A stretch of DNA of 64,000 nucleotides from a virus. This document shows, in pieces, positions 17,822 to 26,985 of the stretch. Under the pieces are notes generated by a model, which had not been told where the DNA came from, ran no database searches, and worked only from the letters and a program-made list of their open reading frames with translations. Where the stretch lies: IMG/VR virus record IMGVR_UViG_3300012954_000009, positions 1 to 64,000 of that record; one strand, 5' to 3'. The position numbers and the translations under genes were made by a program. Position 1 is the first letter of the stretch. Each line of letters begins with the position of its first letter.

Positions 17822-18981
17822 AAATAAAATATATAAAAATAGAATTTGCTGATCATAATGGTTTAGTTAAAACTGATATGATAATGGCAGCAGAATATGG
17901 TTTATTTATTGGCAAGTCAAAAGGTTATTATAGTCATGGTAGTAGTTATGTTAAAGATCTTATAGATCAAAGCATACTTAATAGACCAACTATGATGCAG
18001 ATAAAAGACACAACTATATATAGATTTCCAAAACTTAGTTTACCAAGGCAGAAGGTTGATCATTTAAAAGAAACAGCTAATGTATCTGTAACTAGAAATA
18101 AAGATAGTGCAGACTATCATATTATTTCTGAGAAGCTGTTAGATAGTTTCTTTGAATCATCATGGAATAATTTTAGTACTAGTGATGAAGCAAAAGATTT
18201 CTTACAGTCATGTCAGAATTGTTTTACTAATGATGCATATATAATGCTTCGTGATATGATTGAGGATGATATGTTATATCACTATGAGATAAATGCAGAT
18301 TGGAGAAATCAGAATCCTCATAAAGATAAACTATCAGAGGTTTATCATAAATTAAGTAGAAACAAGGAAGGTTATGATATATATGTTCCTAGTAAAAATG
18401 TTAATGATTATACGTCTATTACAAGTAATCCAAAACTAGTTCTTGATCAACATATCAAAGAACTATGTGATGAAGGGCTACATATTCTTACAGAAGAAGA
18501 GACTCTTAACATTGAAAAGATACTAGGTACTCATGATGTTGAGAATCTAACATTAGCTTTAGAGATGATGTCTAATTGTAATCTTGATAAGTCATTTGAT
18601 TATGTTAGTTATCTATATTATTTTAACTTTGAGAATCTTAAGATGGCTAGTAATTGGAATAATATTAATGCAAAAACTCTAAGAAAAGCATTAGATAAGT
18701 TCACACCTTACTCTAATAACAGTGCTATATATTATGAGGCCTATCTCAAGAAGCTTATAGAAGCTGATAAACTTACAGAGTGGGCTTTTAAAGCCACAGC
18801 TAAAAGGCTATTTGATGGAGGTATGAAAAGCTTTGGTCTTAATAGAGATGTATTTAGTATTTCACTAGATGATATCAAATTGAATCCAAAGTATGCTGAT
18901 GTCATGAAGAAAGCTGAGTCAGCTGAGGAGATTATTAAAGAACTAACAGGAGATCCTGCCTTTGATGATTTACCTTTCTAA
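17818..18981 (+). CDS. Hypothetical protein with BRCT-like segment and SSB-type C-terminal tip
   Basis: IYRFPKLSLPRQKV...VSVTRNKDSADYHII; ends FDDLPF. Confidence 0.6.
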   Translation: MKIKYIKIEFADHNGLVKTDMIMAAEYGLFIGKSKGYYSHGSSYVKDLIDQSILNRPTMMQIKDTTIYRFPKLSLPRQKVDHLKETANVSVTRNKDSADYHIISEKLLDSFFESSWNNFSTSDEAKDFLQSCQNCFTNDAYIMLRDMIEDDMLYHYEINADWRNQNPHKDKLSEVYHKLSRNKEGYDIYVPSKNVNDYTSITSNPKLVLDQHIKELCDEGLHILTEEETLNIEKILGTHDVENLTLALEMMSNCNLDKSFDYVSYLYYFNFENLKMASNWNNINAKTLRKALDKFTPYSNNSAIYYEAYLKKLIEADKLTEWAFKATAKRLFDGGMKSFGLNRDVFSISLDDIKLNPKYADVMKKAESAEEIIKELTGDPAFDDLPF

Positions 18982-19814
18982 TGATCAAGGTTCAAAGAAC
19001 AAGAACATTAGATACCAAAGACAATAACAATAGTGCCAACTGCATTGCACCAAATCTAGTCTACGGATGTTTTGGTAGATGCGTTGACACTTATTGTTAT
19101 ATGTCCAGGTACAATGGTCATAGAGTTTTTGTAAATGAAAACGTTGATGAGATATTTCAGTCTGTTGTTGAATGGGAAAAAAGTTTTACTAAAACACCAG
19201 ATCAACAAGACCCTATATATACTATGGTAGATATAGCATGCAATACTGATTTAGTTCTGATGCAAAAACATTTACCAGAGAAACTTCATGATTATTTAAA
19301 GAGATATGATGAGCATCCTAGACTCAATACTACTATGGCTACTAAGTATCCTAGGTTATTGAAGCTGGATGTAAATCATTTTAAAAAATCACCAAGAGTT
19401 CGTGTTAGTCTTATGCCTCAAGTTTATTCTAATATATTAGAACCTAAGATGCAAAAGATTGAATCAAGAATTCATGATGTGAATAGATTGAAAGGTTTAG
19501 GATGGCAAGTTCATTTAAATTATAGTCCTTTAATATTTCATGAAGGATGGCCAGAACTATATGATGAGCTATTTACTATGGTAAAAAGCATAGCAGGTGA
19601 AAATAAATGTGAAGTTATAGCATTAACTAATCACCATAGGCAAATGATGAAGGCATCTCCAGAAGCAAGAGAGTTAATGAAACACTCTTATGAGATTAAA
19701 AATGGTACAGGTATTATGAGGTATCCTCTTAAGTATAAATCCATATGGATTAATAACTGGAAGAAGATATATTCAAAACACTTTAATACAGAAACAATTA
19801 GATATATATTTTAA
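18981..19814 (+). CDS. Spore photoproduct lyase-like radical SAM enzyme
   Basis: GCFGRCVDTYCYM, DIACNTD, ATKY, RVRVSLMP, VHLNYSP, MRY. Confidence 0.85.
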   Translation: MIKVQRTRTLDTKDNNNSANCIAPNLVYGCFGRCVDTYCYMSRYNGHRVFVNENVDEIFQSVVEWEKSFTKTPDQQDPIYTMVDIACNTDLVLMQKHLPEKLHDYLKRYDEHPRLNTTMATKYPRLLKLDVNHFKKSPRVRVSLMPQVYSNILEPKMQKIESRIHDVNRLKGLGWQVHLNYSPLIFHEGWPELYDELFTMVKSIAGENKCEVIALTNHHRQMMKASPEARELMKHSYEIKNGTGIMRYPLKYKSIWINNWKKIYSKHFNTETIRYIF

Positions 19815-19816
19815 CT

Positions 19817-20800
19817 ATGAAAGATATTCAAAAAGAAAAAGAATTTTATGACAAAGAGTTTAGCTTTAGCTACTCCTCTTTAAATAAATTATTATTTTCA
19901 CCATCCCTGTTTTACAAGGATTATATATTACAAGAAAGAGAAATAAGAACAGATAGACACCTTATTGAAGGTAAGTTAATACACTGTTTATTATTTGAAC
20001 CTGAGAACTTAAAAGAGAAGTTTAATGTTGTCCCTGGTAAAACGCCAAGTGATAATATTAGAAAAGTTCTTAAAGATATGACACTATACACTGATGAGAA
20101 GAATCTAGATAAGGTGGAAGACCATATTATATTAGACTCTCTTAAGCATATGAACCTTTATCAGTCATTAAAAGCTGATGAAGCAAGAATTGCAAAAGTC
20201 AGAACAGAAGATCATAAACCTTATTGGGAGTTCCTAAGCAACCCGGTTGTGGATGTAGTAGATAATGATACCTTAGTAAGATGTCAAGAACAAGTAGAAA
20301 TAGTTAAATCTAATAAAGATGTTATGGAACTTCTACAAATTGTTGAGACAGACTTTGAATTAGATCCAGTATCATCTTATACAGAGCAGTACTTAGAAAC
20401 TAAATTAAACAATTATAAGTTTGGCCTTAAAGGTTTCATTGACTATTATAAAATAGATACAGAGAGTAAGACCATTACTATTTGTGACCTAAAAACTACA
20501 AGCAAAAGCATTGCTGAGTTTGGAGAAACTGTAGAATTCTACAATTACTGGTTACAAGCTGCTATTTATAGTACTCTAGTTATCAATAATGTTGATGATG
20601 AGTACAAAGATTACCAAATTTTATTTAAATTTGTAGTAATAGATAAGTATGACCAAGTTTACGTATTTGATGTTCAAGACTCAACACTTGAACAATGGGG
20701 ATTATCTCTCAAGGAAACACTAGATCAAGCAAATTATCATTATACTGAAAAGAACTACTCACTCCCTTATCAATTTCTAACCGGTCAGGTTATATTATAA
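19817..20800 (+). CDS. PD-(D/E)XK exonuclease (RecE/ExoVIII-like)
   Basis: SYSSL, GKLIHCLLFEP, KGFID...DLKTT, YWLQAAIY. Confidence 0.9.
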   Translation: MKDIQKEKEFYDKEFSFSYSSLNKLLFSPSLFYKDYILQEREIRTDRHLIEGKLIHCLLFEPENLKEKFNVVPGKTPSDNIRKVLKDMTLYTDEKNLDKVEDHIILDSLKHMNLYQSLKADEARIAKVRTEDHKPYWEFLSNPVVDVVDNDTLVRCQEQVEIVKSNKDVMELLQIVETDFELDPVSSYTEQYLETKLNNYKFGLKGFIDYYKIDTESKTITICDLKTTSKSIAEFGETVEFYNYWLQAAIYSTLVINNVDDEYKDYQILFKFVVIDKYDQVYVFDVQDSTLEQWGLSLKETLDQANYHYTEKNYSLPYQFLTGQVIL

Positions 20801-20802
20801 GT

Positions 20803-21402
20803 ATGAGATCAGTATATACACAGTATTTTCAAAAGAGTAAAGTGTTTCTTTACCCTTTGCTTAAGTTAAAAAGAGGAATATCACATGTTCCAGTAGAGAC
20901 ATATATCTGCTGGGACAATGTGTACTCTACAGATGACTTTAAATTTTTATGTGTATATCATTGTGAACGGGATGATAAATTTCAAAAATTTGAAAGTAAG
21001 TACCTGATAGATCATAAGATGCTAGAGAATATAATTGAGTTGTCAGAAGATAAACGTGTTTACATTTTTAATCTGTATGACTATAAATATGACTTCAAGC
21101 GTTTTATAGAAGGTAAGTATTCAAAGTTTTCTTTGGGTACTAAAAATTTAATTCTAAATTTCTTTGGTAGTATTGGTAATATATCAGAGTATATAAGTTC
21201 ATTTTTAGATCCAGAACCATATCATGAAAAGTATGCTGAGGCATTGCAGGTTTCAGTAGAATCTATTCAAGATGTGTATGAGGTATGTAGTATACCTGAC
21301 CTGGAAAAAGAAACATTAGTGACAGATATTCCTTTAGAAAGTGAACTATTAAAAAATAAATACATATATTTGTCTAATAATAAAAAATCAATACATGAGT
21401 GA
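20803..21402 (+). CDS. Hypothetical protein
   Basis: 199-aa ORF in operon. Confidence 0.8.
   Translation: MRSVYTQYFQKSKVFLYPLLKLKRGISHVPVETYICWDNVYSTDDFKFLCVYHCERDDKFQKFESKYLIDHKMLENIIELSEDKRVYIFNLYDYKYDFKRFIEGKYSKFSLGTKNLILNFFGSIGNISEYISSFLDPEPYHEKYAEALQVSVESIQDVYEVCSIPDLEKETLVTDIPLESELLKNKYIYLSNNKKSIHE
21365..21372 (+). promoter_or_regulatory. Bacteroidota-type -7 promoter box
   Basis: TATATTTG ~22 nt upstream of ATG 21395. Confidence 0.6.
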
Positions 21403-21808
21403 GATAGGAAAAAATATGATGATAATCTCATCACCATTTAGAAATGCTGAGTCATTTGCACTTGTTCCAGTAACAAATGACACTCCATACGTAGAGGCTA
21501 TGTTTGACCCAGCGTCAGGCATCTTAGCCGTTATCAGTAAAGTAAGTAAACAATCTTTTCATATGGTACCAAGATTGGATGACAATGGTCAACCACAAAG
21601 ATTAAAGGTTCCTAATAAAGCTACAGGTAAGACTGTAAAAGAACAAAGAGTATCTATGGAAACATTCTCTGAATTTTATATTACTGATAAAAAAGAGATC
21701 AAAGATTTTATAAATATATTTGCTATTAATTCAGAGTCATTTGACTTTGATAAATATGTAGATGTAGATATTAAAAAGACCGAGAAAAAACCTCTCATAA
21801 TTACATAA
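21395..21808 (+). CDS. Hypothetical protein
   Basis: 137-aa ORF bounded by its own promoter box and a terminator. Confidence 0.85.
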   Translation: MSEIGKNMMIISSPFRNAESFALVPVTNDTPYVEAMFDPASGILAVISKVSKQSFHMVPRLDDNGQPQRLKVPNKATGKTVKEQRVSMETFSEFYITDKKEIKDFINIFAINSESFDFDKYVDVDIKKTEKKPLIIT

Positions 21809-21841
21809 TTATTTGAGTTAGTTTAGTTTAGTTTTTAAATT

Positions 21842-21875
21842 AGAGGGATATGTCTATTGATGTATCCCTTTTTTT
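21842..21875 (+). terminator. Rho-independent terminator
   Basis: AGGGATATGTC-tatt-GATGTATCCCT followed by a T-run. Confidence 0.85.
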
Positions 21876-21889
21876 AACCAAAAAAGAAT

Positions 21890-23881
21890 ATGAATCATTG
21901 GGTAATGGACTATGAAACATTATCTAATTGTTTTGTTGCAGTGTTTGAGCATTATAAAACATCTGAAAGGAAAGTTTTTGTGATACATGACAATCAAAAT
22001 GATTTAGTAAGTTTTGTAGACTTTTTAAGACAAAATACAGAAAATAAAGAGTGGCATATATCATACAATGGTTTAGCATTTGATGCACAAGTAACCCATT
22101 TTGTAATTGAAAATCACAGTGAGTGGTTAGATCTTCACGGATCAGATGTGGCTAGCATAATATATAACTATGCTGCTGAATGCATCATAAAAAGTAATAA
22201 GAAAGAGTTCCAGCAGTATCCTTTATGGAGAATGTGTATTGGACAAATTGATTTATTTAAGTTACATCATTGGGATAACCCGGCTAAGAGATCTAGTTTA
22301 AAGTGGATTCAGTATAGTATGGATTGGGATAACATGTTAGATATGCCCATACACCATGAAACTATTATTAAAACACAAGAAGAAATAGATCTTATAATTG
22401 AGTATTGTATAAATGATGTAGAATCTACTAAAGAGATTTATAAAAAATCACAGTCCCAGATTGCTTTGAGGAAAGAGTTGACAAAGAAATATAATATAAA
22501 TCTTTTCTCAGCTTCAGAGCCTAGGATTAGTAAAGAGCTTTTTGCATATTACTTATCTAAGATGCTTAATATATCTAAACCAGAGATCAAAAGGATGCGT
22601 ACTTATAGAGATACTATAAAGGTTAAAGATATTCTATTACCGTATATAAGTTTTAAGTCATTAGAGTTTAAAAACTTATTGGACCGGTTTAAGATGCTTG
22701 AATTAAATCCTGATAGTTTAAAAGGTAGCTTTAAGTATTCAGTAAACTATAAAAATGTAAAGACTGACTTTGGTCTAGGTGGTGTACACGGTGCAATATC
22801 TAGTGGAGTATACAAATCTGATGATGATTATGTTATTATGTCTTCAGATGTTACTAGTTTTTATCCAAATCTTGTTATTAAGAACAAGTGGGCTCCTGGA
22901 CATTTCCCAGAAGAAGAGTTTTGTAATCAGTATGAGTGGTTCTTTGAGGAGAGGAAGAAGATTCCAAAGAGTAATCCTATGAACTATGTGTATAAGATTA
23001 TACTTAATTCAACATTTGGTCTTAGTAATGATATCAATAGTTTCTTTTATGATCCTGAACTGTGTATGCGTATTACAGTTAATGGACAGTTGACACTTAT
23101 GATGTTGTATGAAATGATTATGGAAGAAATACCAGATGCTGTATCTCTTATGCAGAACACTGATGGTATTGAGATAAGAATACCTAGGGATCAAACTGAT
23201 AAGTATATGGAAATATGTTCAAGATGGGAAGATATTACAAATCTAAATCTAGAACATGATACATATCAAAGGATCATAGTTGGAGATGTCAATAATTATA
23301 TTGGTGTTAATGACTTTAAGCAGATTGATCTCAAGAGCTGGAGAGATATTAAACATGATAATCCTCATTATTTATTTAAAGTGAATAATGATAAATTTTA
23401 TTATGCTCCTACCAAGATGAAGGGTAGATTTGATTTCCACAATTTAGCTCTGCACAAGAATAAGTCAAAGCTTATAATTAAGAAAGCTATATTTTATTAT
23501 TTTGTACATGATATATTACCAGAGGATTATCTTGCTAAGAATAGAAACATCCTTGATTATTGTATAGGTGGTAAGTCTAAAGGCAACTGGAAACAGTTTG
23601 CAAGAGGTCTCAACAAGGGTGAGTTCTTTCAAGAAGAGTTACAAAAGATAAATAGATACTATATTAGTAAAAGCGGTGTTAAGATTGTCAAGATTAATAG
23701 TCAAGATGATAGAGAAATACAACTTGAATCAGGTCGTTGGTTACAAAGTGTCTTTAATAAGATGGAATTGAAACCAAGATGGGATGATTATGATATAGAT
23801 AATGCTTATTATATGAAAGCAATTGAGTCTGAAATTGACAACATTCTTGAAGTCAGCATCAATCAATTAAAATTATTCTAA
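21890..23881 (+). CDS. DNA polymerase family B (crAss-like) with 3'-5' exonuclease
   Basis: ExoI DYET, ExoII YNGLAFD, ExoIII YCINDV; pol motifs DVTSFYP, KIILNSTFG, NTDG. Confidence 0.95.
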   Translation: MNHWVMDYETLSNCFVAVFEHYKTSERKVFVIHDNQNDLVSFVDFLRQNTENKEWHISYNGLAFDAQVTHFVIENHSEWLDLHGSDVASIIYNYAAECIIKSNKKEFQQYPLWRMCIGQIDLFKLHHWDNPAKRSSLKWIQYSMDWDNMLDMPIHHETIIKTQEEIDLIIEYCINDVESTKEIYKKSQSQIALRKELTKKYNINLFSASEPRISKELFAYYLSKMLNISKPEIKRMRTYRDTIKVKDILLPYISFKSLEFKNLLDRFKMLELNPDSLKGSFKYSVNYKNVKTDFGLGGVHGAISSGVYKSDDDYVIMSSDVTSFYPNLVIKNKWAPGHFPEEEFCNQYEWFFEERKKIPKSNPMNYVYKIILNSTFGLSNDINSFFYDPELCMRITVNGQLTLMMLYEMIMEEIPDAVSLMQNTDGIEIRIPRDQTDKYMEICSRWEDITNLNLEHDTYQRIIVGDVNNYIGVNDFKQIDLKSWRDIKHDNPHYLFKVNNDKFYYAPTKMKGRFDFHNLALHKNKSKLIIKKAIFYYFVHDILPEDYLAKNRNILDYCIGGKSKGNWKQFARGLNKGEFFQEELQKINRYYISKSGVKIVKINSQDDREIQLESGRWLQSVFNKMELKPRWDDYDIDNAYYMKAIESEIDNILEVSINQLKLF

Positions 23882-23911
23882 TAGGGTCAAAAAATAGGCC
23901 CTATTAGTTTT
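23878..23911 (+). terminator. Rho-independent terminator
   Basis: CTAATAGGGTC-aaaaaata-GGCCCTATTAG then TTTT. Confidence 0.75.
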
Positions 23912-23930
23912 ACTTTATCAAATATTATAT

Positions 23931-23938
23931 TATATTTG
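23931..23938 (+). promoter_or_regulatory. Bacteroidota-type -7 promoter box
   Basis: TATATTTG upstream of ATG 23964. Confidence 0.65.
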
Positions 23939-23963
23939 TTTAAACTTTAAATGTTTATATATT

Positions 23964-24869
23964 ATGGGTTATAAAAAACCAACAGAAACAACAAAGGCAT
24001 ACTTAGAAAATGCCCCTCTTCCAAACCACGGTAAGAGTTATACAGTCATATCTCATAAGCAGGTAATTGACAATACTCTCCAGATGTTAAATCAGAGTGG
24101 ATTTACAGTGGAGAAAGAATTATATAGAGCAAATAACAATGCACAAGTTGCTCAAGGTATATTCCATATTAAACCAAATAACACATCTGATACTCAGATA
24201 CTTGAAGAAGAAGAGTTAGGGATGATGTTTGCTTGGACTAATAGTTATGACAAGTCAGTAAGGTTCCAATGTGCTATTGGAGGATATGTGCAAGTATGTT
24301 ATAACGGTATGGTGTGTGGAGATATGATGACTTTTGCAAGAAAGCATACAGGATCTGCAGATCATGAAATCAAAATGCAAATCTCTAATCAAATTAAGAA
24401 TGCTGAGAAGTATTTTAAAAGAATTCTAGATGATAGAGATGCACTTAGAGGCCTACCTTTAAATAAAAGACAACAGTCTGAACTATTAGGTAGATTATAT
24501 TTTGATGAAAATGTATTAGAAGCTAGTCAACTTACTTGTATAAAGAGTGAGATGGAGGAGCCTTCTTATGATTACAAGTGTGATCAGGAGAATGCCTGGG
24601 CTTTTTATAATCATGTAACACATGGATTAAAAAAGGCACACCCTAGAAATTGGCTAAGTGATACTAAAAACTTCCATGATTTTATTGCTGCAGACTTATT
24701 GGGCAATATGGGTATTCATAAAACAGATAATATAGATCTCAGTAAGTATGAGACATCTAATGATTCTACTATGATAGAAGTAGATTTTGAAGATGCTCAT
24801 GTTGAAACAGTAGATGAAGTTCTAACTAGTTCTATGGAACACCAGTTAAGTTATCTTGGAAGATCCTAA
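23964..24869 (+). CDS. DUF932-like phage/plasmid protein
   Basis: YTVISH, NSYDKS, VCYNGM, RKHTG, NAWAFYNHVTH. Confidence 0.8.
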   Translation: MGYKKPTETTKAYLENAPLPNHGKSYTVISHKQVIDNTLQMLNQSGFTVEKELYRANNNAQVAQGIFHIKPNNTSDTQILEEEELGMMFAWTNSYDKSVRFQCAIGGYVQVCYNGMVCGDMMTFARKHTGSADHEIKMQISNQIKNAEKYFKRILDDRDALRGLPLNKRQQSELLGRLYFDENVLEASQLTCIKSEMEEPSYDYKCDQENAWAFYNHVTHGLKKAHPRNWLSDTKNFHDFIAADLLGNMGIHKTDNIDLSKYETSNDSTMIEVDFEDAHVETVDEVLTSSMEHQLSYLGRS

Positions 24870-24948
24870 TTTCATAAGACCGGCTATATTGTTAGTAGTA
24901 GGACTAGCAATAATATACCTGTGCTATGTAAGACAGGATGAAGATTAA
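24856..24948 (+). CDS. Possible small TM peptide, 30 aa, TTG start
   Basis: (M)EDPNFIRPAILLVVGLAIIYLCYVRQDED*. Confidence 0.4.
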   Translation: MEDPNFIRPAILLVVGLAIIYLCYVRQDED

Positions 24949-24974
24949 ATAAATTCTGTGATATAATTTGATTA

Positions 24975-25025
24975 AGAAGGAAAACCAGCCAGCAGGTTTT
25001 TAAGAATTTCCCTGCTGTTCCTTCT
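24975..25025. terminator. Hairpin at the convergent early/late junction
   Basis: AGAAGGAA..CAGCAGG / CCTGCTG-TTCCTTCT. Confidence 0.55.
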
Positions 25026-26157
25026 ATTTAGCATCTGGAGGAGTATTACAGAATGCTATCATGTTTTCTCTGAATTTAGCATAGTCACTAGAATTATTTA
25101 ATACAGTTACAAGATCTTCACATGAAATTGAGGGGCTTGTTTCTATTACATCACCACTTGAATCAACAGATAAATTGTATGCAGCTGTTCCTGTAAGATT
25201 GCCATCACCATATTGAGGTAATCTTACTTCACCGGTCTGACCAACTAACTCCATCACTCGTTGTAAATTGTTAGCACTATTAACTGCTTTAAAAGCTAAT
25301 ACTTGACCAGCTTGTGTAGCATTATAAAATGTATCTATACTTGCTGCATCTATATTATTTTGATTCTGAGCATTACCTTGAAACAAAATTCTAGCACTTC
25401 CTTGTGCTGAAGAACCAACAATAACAGGTCTTATAATTAAAGCATTGTTAGGTATACCAAAAAATCCATCTTTATAACCTACTGTTAGGCTGCTATTTGT
25501 AATGTCAACATTGTTATTTATAGTTACTGTAGTTGCTGCTGCATCTTGAGTAATTTTACTATCACCTAATATACCACTTGGTCCATCTGTCCAAATTGGT
25601 ACAGTGTCTGTTGTACCAGTTCCAGCTCCACCACTATCACCAGCAGCTAAGTCTATTTCATTACCATCTTCTGATTCTGTTATAGTAACTGAACCATTAT
25701 TTGATGTAAGAGTTCTAAAGTTTAATGTCTCTCCTGTCTTATCTTTAAAGATACCTTGACCAAGACCAACATTATCTGCTTGATTCTCTTCTGCTGTAGT
25801 ATCAAATTCTACATAAGGTCCGTTTTCTACTATAGTAAGATTTAAATTAAGTGATTTAAGTCTTCTAAAAGCATAATAACATGATGACTCCTGAGTTGGG
25901 TCTTCTGCCGGTATAATCTCTTTACCAAGAAATACACCTGCTTCTAATCCTTCTAGAGGCCAATTAACACGCTCACATGGATCTCTAAGATCTTTTACAG
26001 TTATAAGCCTTGCATCTTTAGGGGGTATAGGAGAAGCAACACCTGTCATATCAGGTTTATCATGTACACCTATAACAAGTACATCATGATCTTTAGGTGC
26101 TGTCTCATACTTCTTCTTTTTGAAGAAGCCCATTATATCAGTAAGAATATTGCTCAT
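25024..26157 (-). CDS. Putative tail fibre / structural protein
   Basis: G/T/S-rich, LNFRTL..GSVTITE and GTGTTDTVPIWT..LGDSKITQD fibre-like repeats. Confidence 0.6.
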   Translation of the reverse strand: MSNILTDIMGFFKKKKYETAPKDHDVLVIGVHDKPDMTGVASPIPPKDARLITVKDLRDPCERVNWPLEGLEAGVFLGKEIIPAEDPTQESSCYYAFRRLKSLNLNLTIVENGPYVEFDTTAEENQADNVGLGQGIFKDKTGETLNFRTLTSNNGSVTITESEDGNEIDLAAGDSGGAGTGTTDTVPIWTDGPSGILGDSKITQDAAATTVTINNNVDITNSSLTVGYKDGFFGIPNNALIIRPVIVGSSAQGSARILFQGNAQNQNNIDAASIDTFYNATQAGQVLAFKAVNSANNLQRVMELVGQTGEVRLPQYGDGNLTGTAAYNLSVDSSGDVIETSPSISCEDLVTVLNNSSDYAKFRENMIAFCNTPPDAK

Positions 26158-26478
26158 TTATTTTTTTCTTTTCTTTTTCTTCTTACCTGAGTAAGTACTA
26201 GCCTGACCATATGAACCTCCACGGCCATAGTTATACTTTTCTCCTCCTGCTTCCATCATAGACTTCCCAGATCCTTGAATAAGCATATCCACCATATCAG
26301 CACCACCGCCAGCTCCACCATAAGTCATTGTAACTAGTGGTTTAGTTTCTAGACCAGCTTGAGCTTTAATTCCTTTTTTTGCTAAAGCTTGTACTAATGC
26401 TTTTGCGCCTGATAAGTTTTTTTCTCCGTTTCCTTTTCCTGCTTTAAAAGCACCTTTATATCCTGCATTTGTTGGCAT
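26158..26478 (-). CDS. Small Gly/Lys-rich basic protein with xxxGG motifs
   Basis: KAQAG, MTYGG, MEAGG, YGRGG; poly-K tail. Confidence 0.8.
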   Translation of the reverse strand: MPTNAGYKGAFKAGKGNGEKNLSGAKALVQALAKKGIKAQAGLETKPLVTMTYGGAGGGADMVDMLIQGSGKSMMEAGGEKYNYGRGGSYGQASTYSGKKKKKRKK

Positions 26479-26490
26479 AATTTCTAATTT

Positions 26491-26637
26491 TTAATTGTTT
26501 ATATCTAATTCTAATGTTGCTATTAATAAATAAAGCTTATAAGTTGAATAGTCACAGTTATCATCTGGTCCTATGTACTCATAACCTAAAGCAAACCTAT
26601 TATGAGGCCAGTGAAATGTTATTGTTAAATGCCACAT
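26491..26637 (-). CDS. Small hypothetical protein, 48 aa (absent from ORF track)
   Basis: MWHLTITFHWPHNRFALGYEYIGPDDNCDYSTYKLYLLIATLELDINN; TAATG-coupled. Confidence 0.7.
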   Translation of the reverse strand: MWHLTITFHWPHNRFALGYEYIGPDDNCDYSTYKLYLLIATLELDINN

Positions 26638-26759
26638 TATCTTCCTTGTCCTCTATATTTCTTTTTAAATCCTTTCTGACCCTTGCTTGCATTTTTTGAA
26701 TGCACACCTGGTCTTTTAGTATTCACTTTGAAGCTGTAATCAACCTTCTTTAGTCTCAT
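26637..26759 (-). CDS. Small basic protein ending KKYRGQGR, 40 aa (absent from ORF track)
   Basis: MRLKKVDYSFKVNTKRPGVHSKNASKGQKGFKKKYRGQGR. Confidence 0.8.
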   Translation of the reverse strand: MRLKKVDYSFKVNTKRPGVHSKNASKGQKGFKKKYRGQGR

Positions 26760-26985
26760 CTTTTTTACTTCTAAAAACTTTACCAGCTTCCGCTATACCA
26801 AAACTTCCTAATGTAATGATAACAAAAGAATTATATATGTATTCTTGTATCTGGAGTTCTTTTCCCCATAAACCGGTAGCAATATCTACTACACCAAATA
26901 TAACCATCATTGTAAATGCTGCAAATCCTACCACATTCTTTTCGTTAATGTCATTATCATCCTTAAATATATCACTAAACGCCAT
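26740..26985 (-). CDS. Two-TM membrane protein (holin candidate)
   Basis: Two TM helices, charged C-terminus. Confidence 0.65.
   Translation of the reverse strand: MAFSDIFKDDNDINEKNVVGFAAFTMMVIFGVVDIATGLWGKELQIQEYIYNSFVIITLGSFGIAEAGKVFRSKKDETKEG

Noticed and set aside
19817-20800. Cas4 or CRISPR-associated nuclease
   Set aside because: No four-Cys Fe-S pattern; motifs and context fit a RecE/ExoVIII-like recombination exonuclease
21818-21835. TTAGT x3 microrepeat
   Set aside because: Short low-complexity run in AT-rich DNA with no supporting context
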